Source: an uncultured Pseudomonadota bacterium
GTDB taxonomy: Bacteria; Oederibacteriota; Muellerivitia; Muellerivitales; Muellerivitaceae
NCBI GenBank assembly: GCA_963843375.1
Contig: CAWJKT010000004.1
Coordinates: 1 to 64,000 of the forward strand
Length of the DNA stretch: 64,000 nucleotides
Direction of reading: 5' to 3'
Part shown: one piece after another, positions 46,089 to 56,161 of the stretch
Numbering within the stretch: the stretch's first letter is position 1
How the letters are laid out: every line of letters begins with the position of its first letter
Made by a program: the position numbers and the translations under genes
Notes under the pieces: generated by a model
The model's input: only the letters and a program-made list of their open reading frames with translations
What the model was told of the DNA's origin: nothing
Databases searched by the model: none

Positions 46089-46508
46089 CTAAAAGCACGC
46101 ACCCGCAAGTCCGCAACCTGCCGCAAGCAGCGCGAATGGGCATAGGCACGAGATCACCATGCCGCTGGCGAAGGAGAGCCAACGACCCGCCCGGGCGTTG
46201 ATCACGAAATGTCGTGATATCTGTGCGACCGCAGCGCAGGCAAGAAAGGGCCAGACAAGGAAACCTAGGAGCAGGATAGATCCCCGATACGCGAGAAACC
46301 GCTGTAAGGCAGATTCCGGCGGACCTCCGGTCCGAACAAGCGCATAAACCAAAAGACCGACGCAAACTAATGTGAGGATCGCAGCGATCAGGAGCACGCC
46401 GCCGTGCAGCCGTCGTCGAGCAGCCCACTGTGCCAGTACCCAGAGGACGCCGGCGCTGGCCGCCACCCAAACTGTATAGAACCAAGCAAGCTGCGTCAGG
46501 CTGGTCAT
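46089..46508 (-). CDS. Hypothetical 4-TM membrane protein
   Basis: Four hydrophobic segments. Confidence 0.6.
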   Translation of the reverse strand: MTSLTQLAWFYTVWVAASAGVLWVLAQWAARRRLHGGVLLIAAILTLVCVGLLVYALVRTGGPPESALQRFLAYRGSILLLGFLVWPFLACAAVAQISRHFVINARAGRWLSFASGMVISCLCPFALLAAGCGLAGACF

Positions 46509-46690
46509 CGTTAGGAGGCCAGATCTGTCCGTATCAACGATCTGTTTGGTGCCGGTTCAAATTGGCGATCGGTGCTGCTATTCTACTAATTAGAACATCG
46601 ATTCTGTTTTCTCGTCAAGATGTGTGATGGGTGATTACCCATGATTGATCCCCTGCCGCTTTTTCCACCAATGCAACACCTGCGGTCAAC

Positions 46691-46990
46691 GTGCGAACTC
46701 TCTCCATAGCATCGATGTCGTTGACGATCTTGATCGCGACCGGGTCAATCGCGGCGAGCGTGACCAGCGTCAAAACGGAGCCTTCTGGGACTTTCAACAG
46801 AAAGACGCAGTATAGAGTCGAGTGCGCGGCTGAGGATGAAACGAGGGCTCCGTGCAAGGCTGCACTCACGAATACGTGCCCCAATGGACACACGATGACC
46901 GGTTATGACGACCAAGTGGTACTAACCGGTCCCCCGAATGGTCCGTATAAGGTCGCCCCGCGATATCTTTACTTCGTCTGCACGCGGTAG
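46691..46990 (+). CDS. Small secreted Cys-containing hypothetical protein
   Basis: Signal peptide, four Cys, CPNG motif. Confidence 0.55.
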   Translation: MRTLSIASMSLTILIATGSIAASVTSVKTEPSGTFNRKTQYRVECAAEDETRAPCKAALTNTCPNGHTMTGYDDQVVLTGPPNGPYKVAPRYLYFVCTR

Positions 46991-47179
46991 CTGGTCCGCC
47001 GACCGAAAAAGGCGCTCAGCGATGGAAGATACCTGGCGGGAGAAGCGGTGATTGAGGTCATACGACTTGCTGATCCGGCGCGGACGCAGACGTTACTTGC
47101 GCCGAATCGCCGCTTGTCGTGTGAGGTTCCTGAAGTGGCAATTGACCACCGACGACGGAACAGTTGGTAGGGGAATAGA

Positions 47180-47863
47180 ATGGCGATGACGCAGCAAGCG
47201 CGGCTTATATTTCTGGTGCTGATGCTGGGTCCCCCTACGCAGGCCACATTCGCACAAGGCAATTCGGCATTCGCCAGAGTGGTTTCTGATCCTCGCGAAC
47301 AAGAGATGGTTATTAGCGCCGCTAAACGCTCGAACGTTGTCGTCGAGAGTCCGTGCGATGATGCACATTACAGCATCGCCAATCAGTTCTCGATCTTCGA
47401 GCCGCTCATGTTTGACGACGCTGGGACTCTGCGCTCCGGTATTTGGAAGCAGGTGATCAATTATGCAGGTTGCGGAGCTACGCGAATTTTGAACGTACTG
47501 GTGTCGGTAGCAGCTGGATCGCGTCCGAATGCCCGTCCATTGTTGCCGGGCACTACGCACGCCGACCCCCAATTGCAGATCGACGTGTTCAGATCGCCAG
47601 CCATGCAGATACAAATACAGCGCTGGCGCGACCCCACTTGTACCAAGGTCTACGTCGCGGACACCGCGTTCGTGAATCGGGAGGCCGAAACTCTTCCGGG
47701 AGCAAAAGAATCGAGCTGGCGCGAGGTGTGGACCGTGGCTGCGTGCGATCGCAAGGAATCCATGCCGGTAACTTTTGCGCCTGATTCGACTGGCTCGTCC
47801 TTTACGCTAACGCCAGGCTCGACGGACCAGGATAAGCCTGGCAACTCTGTAGGTCGGCCCTAA
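47180..47863 (+). CDS. Hypothetical secreted protein
   Basis: Signal peptide, LLPGTTHADPQLQ, WREVWTVAAC. Confidence 0.65.
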   Translation: MAMTQQARLIFLVLMLGPPTQATFAQGNSAFARVVSDPREQEMVISAAKRSNVVVESPCDDAHYSIANQFSIFEPLMFDDAGTLRSGIWKQVINYAGCGATRILNVLVSVAAGSRPNARPLLPGTTHADPQLQIDVFRSPAMQIQIQRWRDPTCTKVYVADTAFVNREAETLPGAKESSWREVWTVAACDRKESMPVTFAPDSTGSSFTLTPGSTDQDKPGNSVGRP

Positions 47864-47924
47864 CAAGGGATCTACTGCTTTTCTGAAGGCGGACGCTGGC
47901 GACTGGGGTCACGGTCTATGTCGT

Positions 47925-48096
47925 TGGGACAATCTGGGACAGTCAGCCCATGACGCCAAATGACATCGAATGACATCCCGTGACGCCAAGTGACTGTTGC
48001 GCTTGGCCCTACGCCTCGCATATGGTTGATCTGTAAGGCCCTGACCACCGTTTCACACGGCAGGGGTCACAGGTTCAAGCCCTGTACCGCCCACCA
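47925..48096 (+). repeat. att junction copy 1 (arm sites + TGAC decamers + tRNA-Val 3' 46 bp at 48051-48096)
   Basis: Direct sequence comparison with the other copies and the tRNA. Confidence 0.95.
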
Positions 48097-48370
48097 TCCA
48101 ACACTTTGAAAACAAATGGTTTTCCGCGTTTGTGGGCCAAAACCTTGAACCCAGAAACAGGGATTTGCGAGAATTCCAAGGTCAACCACGTACCGCAACT
48201 CTCTGGTAGGTGCTTCGGCATTCGAGCACGTCCCACTACTCCCGACGGGATTCGGTTCGCGATCCTCAGGACACTCCTGGCAGGTGAACTCCCGCCAAAA
48301 CAGGCGATCACGCGAACACTCTCACCGAAAGAAGTTGCCTTTCATTCTCCTCGATGCATACTGAATGCAT

Positions 48371-48646
48371 ATGGAGATCGAGTGGGATGCAGCCAAGGCA
48401 GCCACCAACTTTACGAAGCATGGCGTCCGCTTCGAGGAAGCCGCAACTACACTCCTTGACCCAATGGCACTCGCCCAAGAAGACACGATCTCTCGAGGCG
48501 AGGCCCGCTGGATACTGATCGGCATGAGCGCCAGCACGCGATTGTTGACCGTCGTTTACACATTGCGGAAAGAGGACACGATTCGTCTCATCTCCGCCCG
48601 TAAGACCACACGCAAAGAGGCCGCTGACTATGCGCAAGCAGTATGA
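48371..48646 (+). CDS. brnT: BrnT family toxin
   Basis: EWDAAKAATNFTKHGVRFEEA..IRLISARK. Confidence 0.92.
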   Translation: MEIEWDAAKAATNFTKHGVRFEEAATTLLDPMALAQEDTISRGEARWILIGMSASTRLLTVVYTLRKEDTIRLISARKTTRKEAADYAQAV

Positions 48647-48896
48647 TTTCTCGAAGGCGAAGCGCGCCAAGGATGTCCCACACCTCGCGCGCCTCCAGGC
48701 ACAGGCCAAGGGTAAGACCCGCATCACCATCATGCTGGACAACGACCTGCTGATGACTTTTCGCGCCAAGGCGGAATCAGAGGGAACGGGATACCAGACA
48801 CTAATCAATCAGGCATTGCGTCGGGCTACCGGACCTGACTCGGTGGATGAGGCAACCTTGCGCCGTATTCTCCGCGAGGAATTAAAGGCTGGCTGA
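48630..48896 (+). CDS. brnA: BrnA family antitoxin
   Basis: YDFSKA, KTRITIMLD..F, GYQTLINQALR. Confidence 0.9.
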   Translation: MRKQYDFSKAKRAKDVPHLARLQAQAKGKTRITIMLDNDLLMTFRAKAESEGTGYQTLINQALRRATGPDSVDEATLRRILREELKAG

Positions 48897-49090
48897 GTCA
48901 GTGCGCCATCGATACGCCCGGTGCTTTGTGATGGCCGCTTGCCTCGGGGCGGCCCCGATAATCCAAAGTGGACATGGAGCGGGTAATGACGACTCGCGAC
49001 TCGTCGAGATGAAACCTGAGTAGCTGGCGCCTGCGAGTCAGAAACGTACCTTGGCATGCCATAACTTTCACACAGCCGGAATCGGTTTAC

Positions 49091-49126
49091 GACCCCTGCT
49101 CTCGGACGGCAGGGGCGGCCCAACCG
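49091..49126 (+). repeat. Site B copy 2
   Basis: GACCCCTGCT-CTCGGAC-GGCAGGGGCGGCCCAACCG, preceded by TTTCACAC at 49066. Confidence 0.85.
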
Positions 49127-49224
49127 AGAAACTTGCGATTGTTACTGGCGCTCGGAAAGAATAGCCTCAACCCGTCACTCAGACAGTCACAATTGATTCC
49201 ACGCGCAGGTCATTCAAGGATCGC

Positions 49225-49728
49225 ATGAAGTCGCTTCTGGCAATCGGACTGGCGGTGCTCGCCTCAGGAGCTCAGGTCAGCCTAGCGACGACTCCCGAGT
49301 GCGAGGGCTCGCCGTTCACTCTGCAGGGTCAGTACTTAGAAATCGTGAAAAGCGCCGTCGCGCAATCCCCGATCGCATTTCAGCGCGAAGTAGTCGCCGT
49401 AGATCCACCAATTCCGAGTGCAGCCACACCTCTGCCGAGCGTCATGCAGTGGTCAAAATTTGCAGTTGATCAGAACATTTCCTTTAGAGTGCTGCGTCAG
49501 TGGAAGGGACCATATCACGTCGGTGAAGTCGTAAATCTCACTGTTAGAGTCGCGCAAGTGTGTGGTGGCATTCCTTGCATACCTACATTTAAGATTGGCG
49601 ATGTCACGCTTTTGCTATCTCTCAAATCTTTGCCAAGTTATTCTGAAGGCTGCTGGGTGTACGAAGGTGTGGCGATTAACAGCGTGCTATCAGTGCCCAC
49701 GGCTCTGACATCCGGAAGCCGCCACTGA
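49225..49728 (+). CDS. Hypothetical secreted protein
   Basis: Signal peptide, FRVLRQWKG..C..F..G pattern reminiscent of TIMP/NTR-like OB folds. Confidence 0.6.
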   Translation: MKSLLAIGLAVLASGAQVSLATTPECEGSPFTLQGQYLEIVKSAVAQSPIAFQREVVAVDPPIPSAATPLPSVMQWSKFAVDQNISFRVLRQWKGPYHVGEVVNLTVRVAQVCGGIPCIPTFKIGDVTLLLSLKSLPSYSEGCWVYEGVAINSVLSVPTALTSGSRH

Positions 49729-49861
49729 GGGGACGCGGCTTAAGTAGGCTGCCGCCGGAGTTCCACCATACCGTTCTCAACGAATAGTGCTTATCACCAG
49801 TCGCCGCTTGAAGTGAGATTGCCGTAAAGGGTTGAGTTTCCACAACGCAGGGACCGCTGCC

Positions 49862-50892
49862 ATGCCGTCACGCTCGATCCAATGGACGCTCCTTCTCTGG
49901 CTCTACGTCATCATCCCTGGGTACGCCGCAGCAATCGAACCTGTCCGTGCTGGACAAGATTCCTTCGTATCACGAGCAATCTTCTTCAATTCGCAGTTGT
50001 GGATCCTAACCGACGCCGGGCTGCTTTCGAGCATCACGGAGGGCGCCGACCAACAAGTCGACGTTCCTCTTCCTGCGCCCGCTCTCGATCTGTGGACTCA
50101 GGATGGCGCACCTGCGGTTCTTACCGGCGTGCGCAACGGTTCATCGTGGACTGTGCGTCAATGGAGTCATGGTGAGTGGAGCGCTACCGCCACCGTTTCA
50201 GTGAATGCAGACAGATTTATCGGCGTTGCTCCCTCACCAGGAGCCGTCACGATCCTTACCTCGAATCGGCTGATCGAAATTGTCGGTGGAAGTCAACGAA
50301 GCCTGGCACTGGTATGGCCCGCCAAGCCACTTGGTGCAGTCACGTCCGTCGCAGCAATCCGCGGCAGCCTGCTCGTTGGATTCAATGCGGGTGAGTGGGG
50401 CGGTGGTTTGAGGCGGATTGGCAGACCAAACAATCAGATCTCCATTGTCGAAAACAGGAGCGGAGATTCAATCTGCGGTGGACTGTTGAACACAGACTGC
50501 GACCCGGTAAATGGAATCGCCGTTGAACCATGGCAGAAGGATTGTGCGGCGATCACCATTGGCCTTGTTCATTTCATGACCCGCGGCGGCATCGTTGAGG
50601 TTTGCGGAGATACGGTGAAGCGCCTGTACAGCCGCTCGTCCGGGGGCGACCGGATCTCCACCGTACCGTTCTTCGGAATCGTGACAGCGAATTCCAATCT
50701 CGCGGCCGTGGGTGCCGATGGCATTTATAAGGTCGCGCCTGACGGCGTTGAAAAGTGAGTCCACTTCCCCAGTTTCAGCGAATTGGGCACGTGTCAGTAA
50801 GCTTCGCGGTACCTCACGTGGTTTTGCTCCTGACTGACGTCAATCAGCGGCGTAGTGTCAGCGGCAGCGTCCCAATGATTGTGGCCAGGTAA
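49862..50892 (+). CDS. Hypothetical secreted beta-rich protein; frameshift at the A-run near 50750
   Basis: Signal peptide, GFNAGEWGGGL; reading continues in another frame to TAA at 50892. Confidence 0.6.
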
Positions 50893-50964
50893 AGCGCGCG
50901 TCTTCGTCGCAGCAGAGCCGACGTTCTTAGCCGATGATTTTGGTTCAAGAGCCATCTTTGTCGC

Positions 50965-51135
50965 TGGGACAATTTGGGACAGTCAGCTCGTGACGCCGAA
51001 TGACATCGAATTACATCGCGTGACGCCAAGTGACTGTTGCGCTTGGCCCACGCCTCGCATATGGTTGATCTGTAAGGCCCCGACCACCGTTTCACACGGC
51101 AGGGGTCACAGGTTCAAGCCCTGTACCGCCCACCA
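50965..51135 (+). repeat. att junction copy 2 (tRNA part 51090-51135)
   Basis: Direct sequence comparison. Confidence 0.95.
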
Positions 51136-51426
51136 TAAAAAATCCCTTGATTGTCAGGTAATTGCCGCGCAATTGGGGCAGCATAGGCCCGCCTCGGTTT
51201 TGGCCGTACGGACACCAGTACGAATTTTTTCGGGCAATTCGTAGAGTTCCGCGCCCCAAAATTGAGCGAGCCAGTGGCGCCAATGCGGACGCGCTCACCG
51301 TCCCCACGGGGACCCATGAACTCGCGCGCACGTCCCTGCCTAGAGATCGATCGATTCGGTTTCGATTCTCGCGCAAGCGAGAAGCCCGCCCAGAGGCGAC
51401 CCGAGGGGCGAAATTAGTTCGCCAAT

Positions 51427-52617
51427 CTATAGTTGCCATTCATAGCCTGGGATAATTCTCCGCATAAATTCATCGAATAACGGAACGGTAAAAGCTGTAT
51501 CACCGTGGTTCGGACTAAAAACCATGCCCTTTGAAATTAACTGATTTCGCGTGGGCCCGAGTGATGTGACTTCGCGCTTTAGAAGTCTGGCGATATCTCC
51601 TGACCTATGCGGCCCTGTACCAAGTTCAGCCATTGCGCGAAGGTACTTCTTCTCACTGGGGGTGAGTCGATCGAATCGAACCCGAAAGAAGCTCTCATCT
51701 AGCGCCGCAACTGCTGACGCCGAGGCGACATTGACGTCGTTCAGAGTAATTGGGGAAGTGCCAGCGGTATCCCAAGCGTGCTTGCCCCATTCTTGCAAAA
51801 AATATGGGTATCCATGAGTTACGCGGACAATATGCAAAAGCGCGTCGTCGTTAATCGCAATGTTTTGAGCTTGAACGGGTCTTGAAATGGCAATCTTGGC
51901 TTCTGGATCACGTAATGCGCCAATCTCGGGAAAGTCGAAAAGCCTTTCCGCATACGATTTTGCACGGCCCATGCGTCCTCGCAGCTGGGGCAATCCAGCA
52001 CCCACCAGCATGACGGGTAGGCGCCGCTGGGCCGTACGGTGAAGAGCAGTTACCAGCGCCGCGAGTTGGTCCTCATCAACGTACTGGAGCTCGTCAATAA
52101 AGATCGCGAGCGCGGTGCCGGCCTCTTTGGCGGCATCGCCGACAACTTCAAGAAGTGCGGCGAGATCGTGCTCCAGGTCGCCATTGTCAGCGAGTCCGGG
52201 CTCTGGCTCGAAGTCGAACCCGACTTCGATGTCCGCATACTTTACTTTCAGCGCACGGGCGAAGCCCGCCAAGCCTCTGAGAGCGCGTTTCGCGATGTCC
52301 TTCGTTTGCTCATTTCTCGACAGTCGAAGCAATGCCTGCCGCAATTCAGGAGCGAGGAGAGCGGGTAACGACCTCTCTTCCGGCGCTTCGATGCGTATGG
52401 TGTGGATGCCGATAGACTCTGCGTCGTCGCGCATTCGATCGAGCAGCACAGTCTTTCCAACACCCCTAAGGCCAACCATAAGGATGCTTTTTGTTGGCAG
52501 TCCCCGGCGCGACCGCTCAACGGCAATTCGAATCGTCTCGCGAAGTTCATCGCGGCCAGCGAGCTCGGGCGGAGGAGTACCGGCCCCAGGAGCGAAAGGG
52601 TTGTCGATAGGATTCAT
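51427..52617 (-). CDS. AAA_16-type ATPase with C-terminal winged helix
   Basis: NPFAPGAG..LAGR, GLRGVGKT, IFIDELQ, GYPYFLQ. Confidence 0.88.
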   Translation of the reverse strand: MNPIDNPFAPGAGTPPPELAGRDELRETIRIAVERSRRGLPTKSILMVGLRGVGKTVLLDRMRDDAESIGIHTIRIEAPEERSLPALLAPELRQALLRLSRNEQTKDIAKRALRGLAGFARALKVKYADIEVGFDFEPEPGLADNGDLEHDLAALLEVVGDAAKEAGTALAIFIDELQYVDEDQLAALVTALHRTAQRRLPVMLVGAGLPQLRGRMGRAKSYAERLFDFPEIGALRDPEAKIAISRPVQAQNIAINDDALLHIVRVTHGYPYFLQEWGKHAWDTAGTSPITLNDVNVASASAVAALDESFFRVRFDRLTPSEKKYLRAMAELGTGPHRSGDIARLLKREVTSLGPTRNQLISKGMVFSPNHGDTAFTVPLFDEFMRRIIPGYEWQL

Positions 52618-52822
52618 GGGGCGATATTATGCATCTATTACGGAGTTTACAAGAAAACCCTAAACTCACTAATATCCGTACCTTCGACTACCGAGCGTAA
52701 CCTACGTCTTCTCTGTTGCGCATAGTAGTTAAACGGGCGCCCCGGCGTGCAGGCGGCGCCCGATGCAGACGGGCGCAAAACCGAGATCCTTATCAGTTAC
52801 TGCTCATTATGGTTTGCCTCGG

Positions 52823-52993
52823 TGGGACAATCTGGGACAGCCAGCCGATGACGCCAAATGACCTAGAATTACGTCGCGTGACGCTAAGTGACTGTTGCTC
52901 TTGGCACTCCCCTCGCATATCGTTGATTGGTAACGCCCTGACCACCGTTTCACACGGCAGGGGTCACAGGTTCAAGCCCTGTACCGCCCACCA
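52823..52993 (+). repeat. att junction copy 3 (tRNA part 52948-52993)
   Basis: Direct sequence comparison. Confidence 0.95.
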
Positions 52994-53119
52994 TAGATTC
53001 AAGCGCTTATAGGCGCTTCTTCATAGCTCTTCACGCTCTTCGATCGAATTTGGGACAGTCTGCCGCACATGCCGCAGACGATTCGAACGGCCATGGACAG
53101 TCGCAAGGGATGATGGGCA

Positions 53120-53530
53120 GTGATTCGGACCCCGGTACCAAGGTGGATCAGCAACGAATTGTGCCGTAACTTTGCCAGGGCTTCGCGCGCCGGCCAGCGA
53201 GCCGCCATGCAAGAGCCCAGAGCTGCGACCGCGCGGTACCAATCTCGCATCGGCGCACTTGAACTTCAGCTGACGAGCGGAGTCACGCTGACAATTCCCA
53301 TCCGGCTGATCCCGGAACTCAGGCGCGTTGCGGCACGCGATATCCGTGCTGTCGAAGTCCTCGGCCGCGGAGGCGGCTTGCACTGGGAGCGACCCAACGT
53401 CGATTTGAGCGTTCCAGGGCTTGTTGCCTTCGTTCTGCGACTCGAGCAAACGGCAGACCGCGACCAGGTGTTGATTTGCCGCGACCCACAGTCGTCGCGG
53501 CTCAGCGGTCGCTCGCGCGGCCTTCTATAA
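53120..53530 (+). pseudogene. Orphan DUF2442 gene, paralog of 34309-34755, altered C-terminus, no DUF4160 partner
   Basis: WI..EL..NFARASRAG, EPRAATA, VEVLGRGGGLHWE..VD.SVPGL shared with 34309-34755. Confidence 0.7.
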
Positions 53531-54946
53531 CCCCAAGCGACGCCGCAGGTTGGTGAACACCGTCGAGTCCGGTGGGACGGGCATCATGGAGCTGTCGCGC
53601 TCGAACTGCGCAATGAGGGCCTCAACCATTTCACGCCCATCAGCGTTTCCAACCGCCTCGAGCGGCGTTTTGTTATTGAGGGCTGGCAATGCCACCTCCG
53701 GCCAGTTCTCATAGTGACGACGTTGGAGTTGCTCAAGCTTTGCGCGCACCTCGGGCTGCTTAAGAAGCTCTTCCTGTTCGGCATTACGGGGCGTGAATCC
53801 GGCGCCAGCCCCAGGGAGGCTTGCCGCGCGCGTGACATCGACGGGGTGCTTGCGCGTTCTCAAATAGCGCGCTTTCAAACCGGAAGTTTTCTCCAGTAGC
53901 TTGCGGAACGTGCTCGCACGGGCCGCGGAATTGACCTCCACTTTCAGTTTACCCTCCACAATGTGAAGTTGTCCGAGCACGACTGTTTCAAGTTCGTGCT
54001 TCGGATGGTTGTGCCGGATCCAGGGGATCTGCGCCTCGATCACGGCACCCTTGGCACTGAACTTCGCTTCCGCCAGAAGTTCCTCGCGGGTGCTGCCAAG
54101 CGCGAGGGAACTGAGTGCATCGAAGGCCGCTTGCGCGGAATCGATCTCGAAGTACAGCGTGCGCGGCTCGATCGGTTCACCATCGGTGTTGTGGAGCTTG
54201 GGCAGCGGTGGATTGAGGTAGGCGTCCGCGAGAGAGAAGTACAACGTGCGTAGCGCGAGGTCGCTCGAGTGCTCGAGCTCCGGACGGGTGCGGACCTGGA
54301 TTAGGTGGATCTTGTAGCTCGGGGGAAAACTGAAAGGGGCAAGACCCTCGACCATCGCGATCCCGGAGAGCGCTACGATCTGCCCGAAAATGATGTCGCC
54401 CCGGGCGAGTGTGGCTGAAGCCGAGCGTTCACGCACGTTGAACTTGGCGCAGGTCAGGACGTCTCGCGTGGTGAAGCCCACTCCGGGTTCGCATTCGCAG
54501 ATCTCATGGAAGCCAAAGGGTGCTATGAGGCAGGCTTCGAGATAGCGCTGCAGCAGTGGATGAAGGCGCCCGGCTCTGCGGTCGAGATAGGCGCGCGAGG
54601 GCGGGACAGCGTAGAGCGTCGCGTCGGAGATGACGTTGCCTTTGAGCTTCTGCGGCGACCAGACGTGGAAGAGCCATGCGAAGAAAAGCTCGGCGTTGGG
54701 CTCGCTTTGGACGAACTCCTCGCTCTTGCCCATCGTGAATTCGAACCATGCCTGCTGGATGGCGTCCACGCCGTAGCACTTCGCGATGAAGTGCAGCATG
54801 TCGCCCGCGTAGCCGTCGATGGCCGCGCGTACGCGTCGCCAGGTCTGTTCGCCGAGTTCGGCCACCGTGGCCGACTCTGAGAGACAACAATACTTGTACT
54901 TCTTGCCGCTGCCGCAAGGGCACGCATCGTTGCGTCCGGGCTTCAT
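53525..54946 (-). CDS. SEC-C motif protein with C-terminal MbcA/ParS-like motif
   Basis: GRNDACPCGSGKKYKYCC; W..VALPALNNKTPLEAV. Confidence 0.8.
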   Translation of the reverse strand: MKPGRNDACPCGSGKKYKYCCLSESATVAELGEQTWRRVRAAIDGYAGDMLHFIAKCYGVDAIQQAWFEFTMGKSEEFVQSEPNAELFFAWLFHVWSPQKLKGNVISDATLYAVPPSRAYLDRRAGRLHPLLQRYLEACLIAPFGFHEICECEPGVGFTTRDVLTCAKFNVRERSASATLARGDIIFGQIVALSGIAMVEGLAPFSFPPSYKIHLIQVRTRPELEHSSDLALRTLYFSLADAYLNPPLPKLHNTDGEPIEPRTLYFEIDSAQAAFDALSSLALGSTREELLAEAKFSAKGAVIEAQIPWIRHNHPKHELETVVLGQLHIVEGKLKVEVNSAARASTFRKLLEKTSGLKARYLRTRKHPVDVTRAASLPGAGAGFTPRNAEQEELLKQPEVRAKLEQLQRRHYENWPEVALPALNNKTPLEAVGNADGREMVEALIAQFERDSSMMPVPPDSTVFTNLRRRLGL

Positions 54947-55098
54947 GAGGGCATTGTGGCACGAGCAGCGGGCTTGGCGCGCGCAGCTCGCGCGGTGCGC
55001 AATGCGCCACAGAGCATGCCCGCCTTCGACCTCAGGGTTTGTGAGGGCGTTCCCGCCGAGTGATTGACAGCCACTGGGCAACTGGTAATACTATTGGT

Positions 55099-55335
55099 AT
55101 GAAAGTCGCCGTCTCCATACCCGACGAAGTCTTCAGCGAAGCCGAGGATCTGGCGAAACGGCTAAAGGCTTCGCGCAGCGAGATCTACAGCCGTGCACTC
55201 GGTGAGTTTCTGGGCCGGCATGCGCCCGATCGCGTGACGGCCGCCATGAACAACGTCATCGCCAACGTCGGCGAGAAATCCGAGGCCTTCAACCGGCGCG
55301 CGGCGCGCGGTGTGCTGCGGAAGGTGGAGTGGTAA
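55099..55335 (+). CDS. RHH antitoxin
   Basis: MKVAVSIPDEVF..SRSEIYSRAL; overlaps toxin gene. Confidence 0.85.
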   Translation: MKVAVSIPDEVFSEAEDLAKRLKASRSEIYSRALGEFLGRHAPDRVTAAMNNVIANVGEKSEAFNRRAARGVLRKVEW

Positions 55336-55673
55336 TCGAACAGGCGGAAGTTTGGTGGGCCGACCTCGATGAGCCCACTGGGTCCGAACCCGGATACCGC
55401 CGGCCCGTCGTCGTCGTCCAGGGCAACGCGCTTAACCGCAGTCGCATCGGCACCGCCGTGTGCGTTCCGCTGACCAGTAATCTCAGATGGGCCGATGCCC
55501 CCGGCAACGTCCTGTTGCCAAGTCACGAAACGGGGTTAGCGCAGGACTCGGTCGCAAACGTGTCGCTGATCGTCGCCCTGGACAAGCAGCAGCTCACCGA
55601 GCGCGTGCGCAAGATCCCACGCCGCCGATTTGAACTCATTCTCGCGGGAATCGATACGATCCTCGGGCGGTAG
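55329..55673 (+). CDS. PemK/MazF family toxin
   Basis: GSEPGYRRPVVVVQ..N, VPLTSN, DSVANVS. Confidence 0.92.
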   Translation: MVIEQAEVWWADLDEPTGSEPGYRRPVVVVQGNALNRSRIGTAVCVPLTSNLRWADAPGNVLLPSHETGLAQDSVANVSLIVALDKQQLTERVRKIPRRRFELILAGIDTILGR

Positions 55674-55679
55674 GCCGCC

Positions 55680-55844
55680 ATGAAAGCGAAAACGCGAGCT
55701 AAGTCGGAGCGACCTCAAAGCTTCACCGAAGGCATTGAACGGGCACTGCGGCGCGCTGCCAGAGATGCGCGCAAGACTGCTCGCATATACGGCACACCCC
55801 TTTACGTTTGGCAGAACGGCAAGGTGGTCGCCAAGAAACCATAA
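55680..55844 (+). CDS. 54-aa basic protein not in the ORF track
   Basis: Hand translation MKAKTRAKSERPQSFTEGIERALRRAARDARKTARIYGTPLYVWQNGKVVAKKP, 6 bp after toxin stop. Confidence 0.65.
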   Translation: MKAKTRAKSERPQSFTEGIERALRRAARDARKTARIYGTPLYVWQNGKVVAKKP

Positions 55845-55874
55845 AGACGACCCTACCCGTCACGGTTCGATCGC

Positions 55875-56045
55875 TGGGACAATCTGGGACAGTCAGACCA
55901 TGACGCCAAATGACATCGAATGACATCGCGTGACGCTAAGTGACTGTTGCGCTTGACCCTGCCCTCGCATATCGTTGATCTGTAAGGCCCTGACATCCGT
56001 TTCACACGGCAGGGGTCACAGGTTCAAGCCCTGTACCGCCCACCA
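55875..56045 (+). repeat. att junction copy 4 (tRNA part 56000-56045)
   Basis: Direct sequence comparison. Confidence 0.95.
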
Positions 56046-56125
56046 TCTAAAAGCCAGCTAGAACAATCACTTATAGTGTGACCCCGAGCTAGCTGAATTG
56101 GCCTTTCGGAGGGGTTTTGGGACAG

Positions 56126-56161
56126 TACCCAAATCGGGTATGATTCTACCCAATATGGGTA
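56126..56161. promoter_or_regulatory. Tandem palindromic operators at the MNT gene start
   Basis: TACCCAAATCGGGTA and TACCCAATATGGGTA. Confidence 0.6.

Larger units (their letters stand above)
32865..48096 (+). mobile_element. Integrative mobilisable element, first and only autonomous unit (may itself be composite, internal junction near 43590)
   Basis: Integrase, Xis-like HTH, relaxase, mobC, oriT, no T4SS genes; flanked by 46-bp direct repeats. Confidence 0.8.

Noticed and set aside
42620..47870. Classical integron attC sites (GTTAGAC at ~42629, GTTAGGA at ~46510, CCCTAAC at ~47858)
   Set aside because: Isolated partial box matches without paired L boxes; the integrase shows no IntI-specific insertion that I can recognise.
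32911..48050. Prophage, phage satellite or full ICE
   Set aside because: No capsid, terminase, primase or type IV secretion genes recognised.
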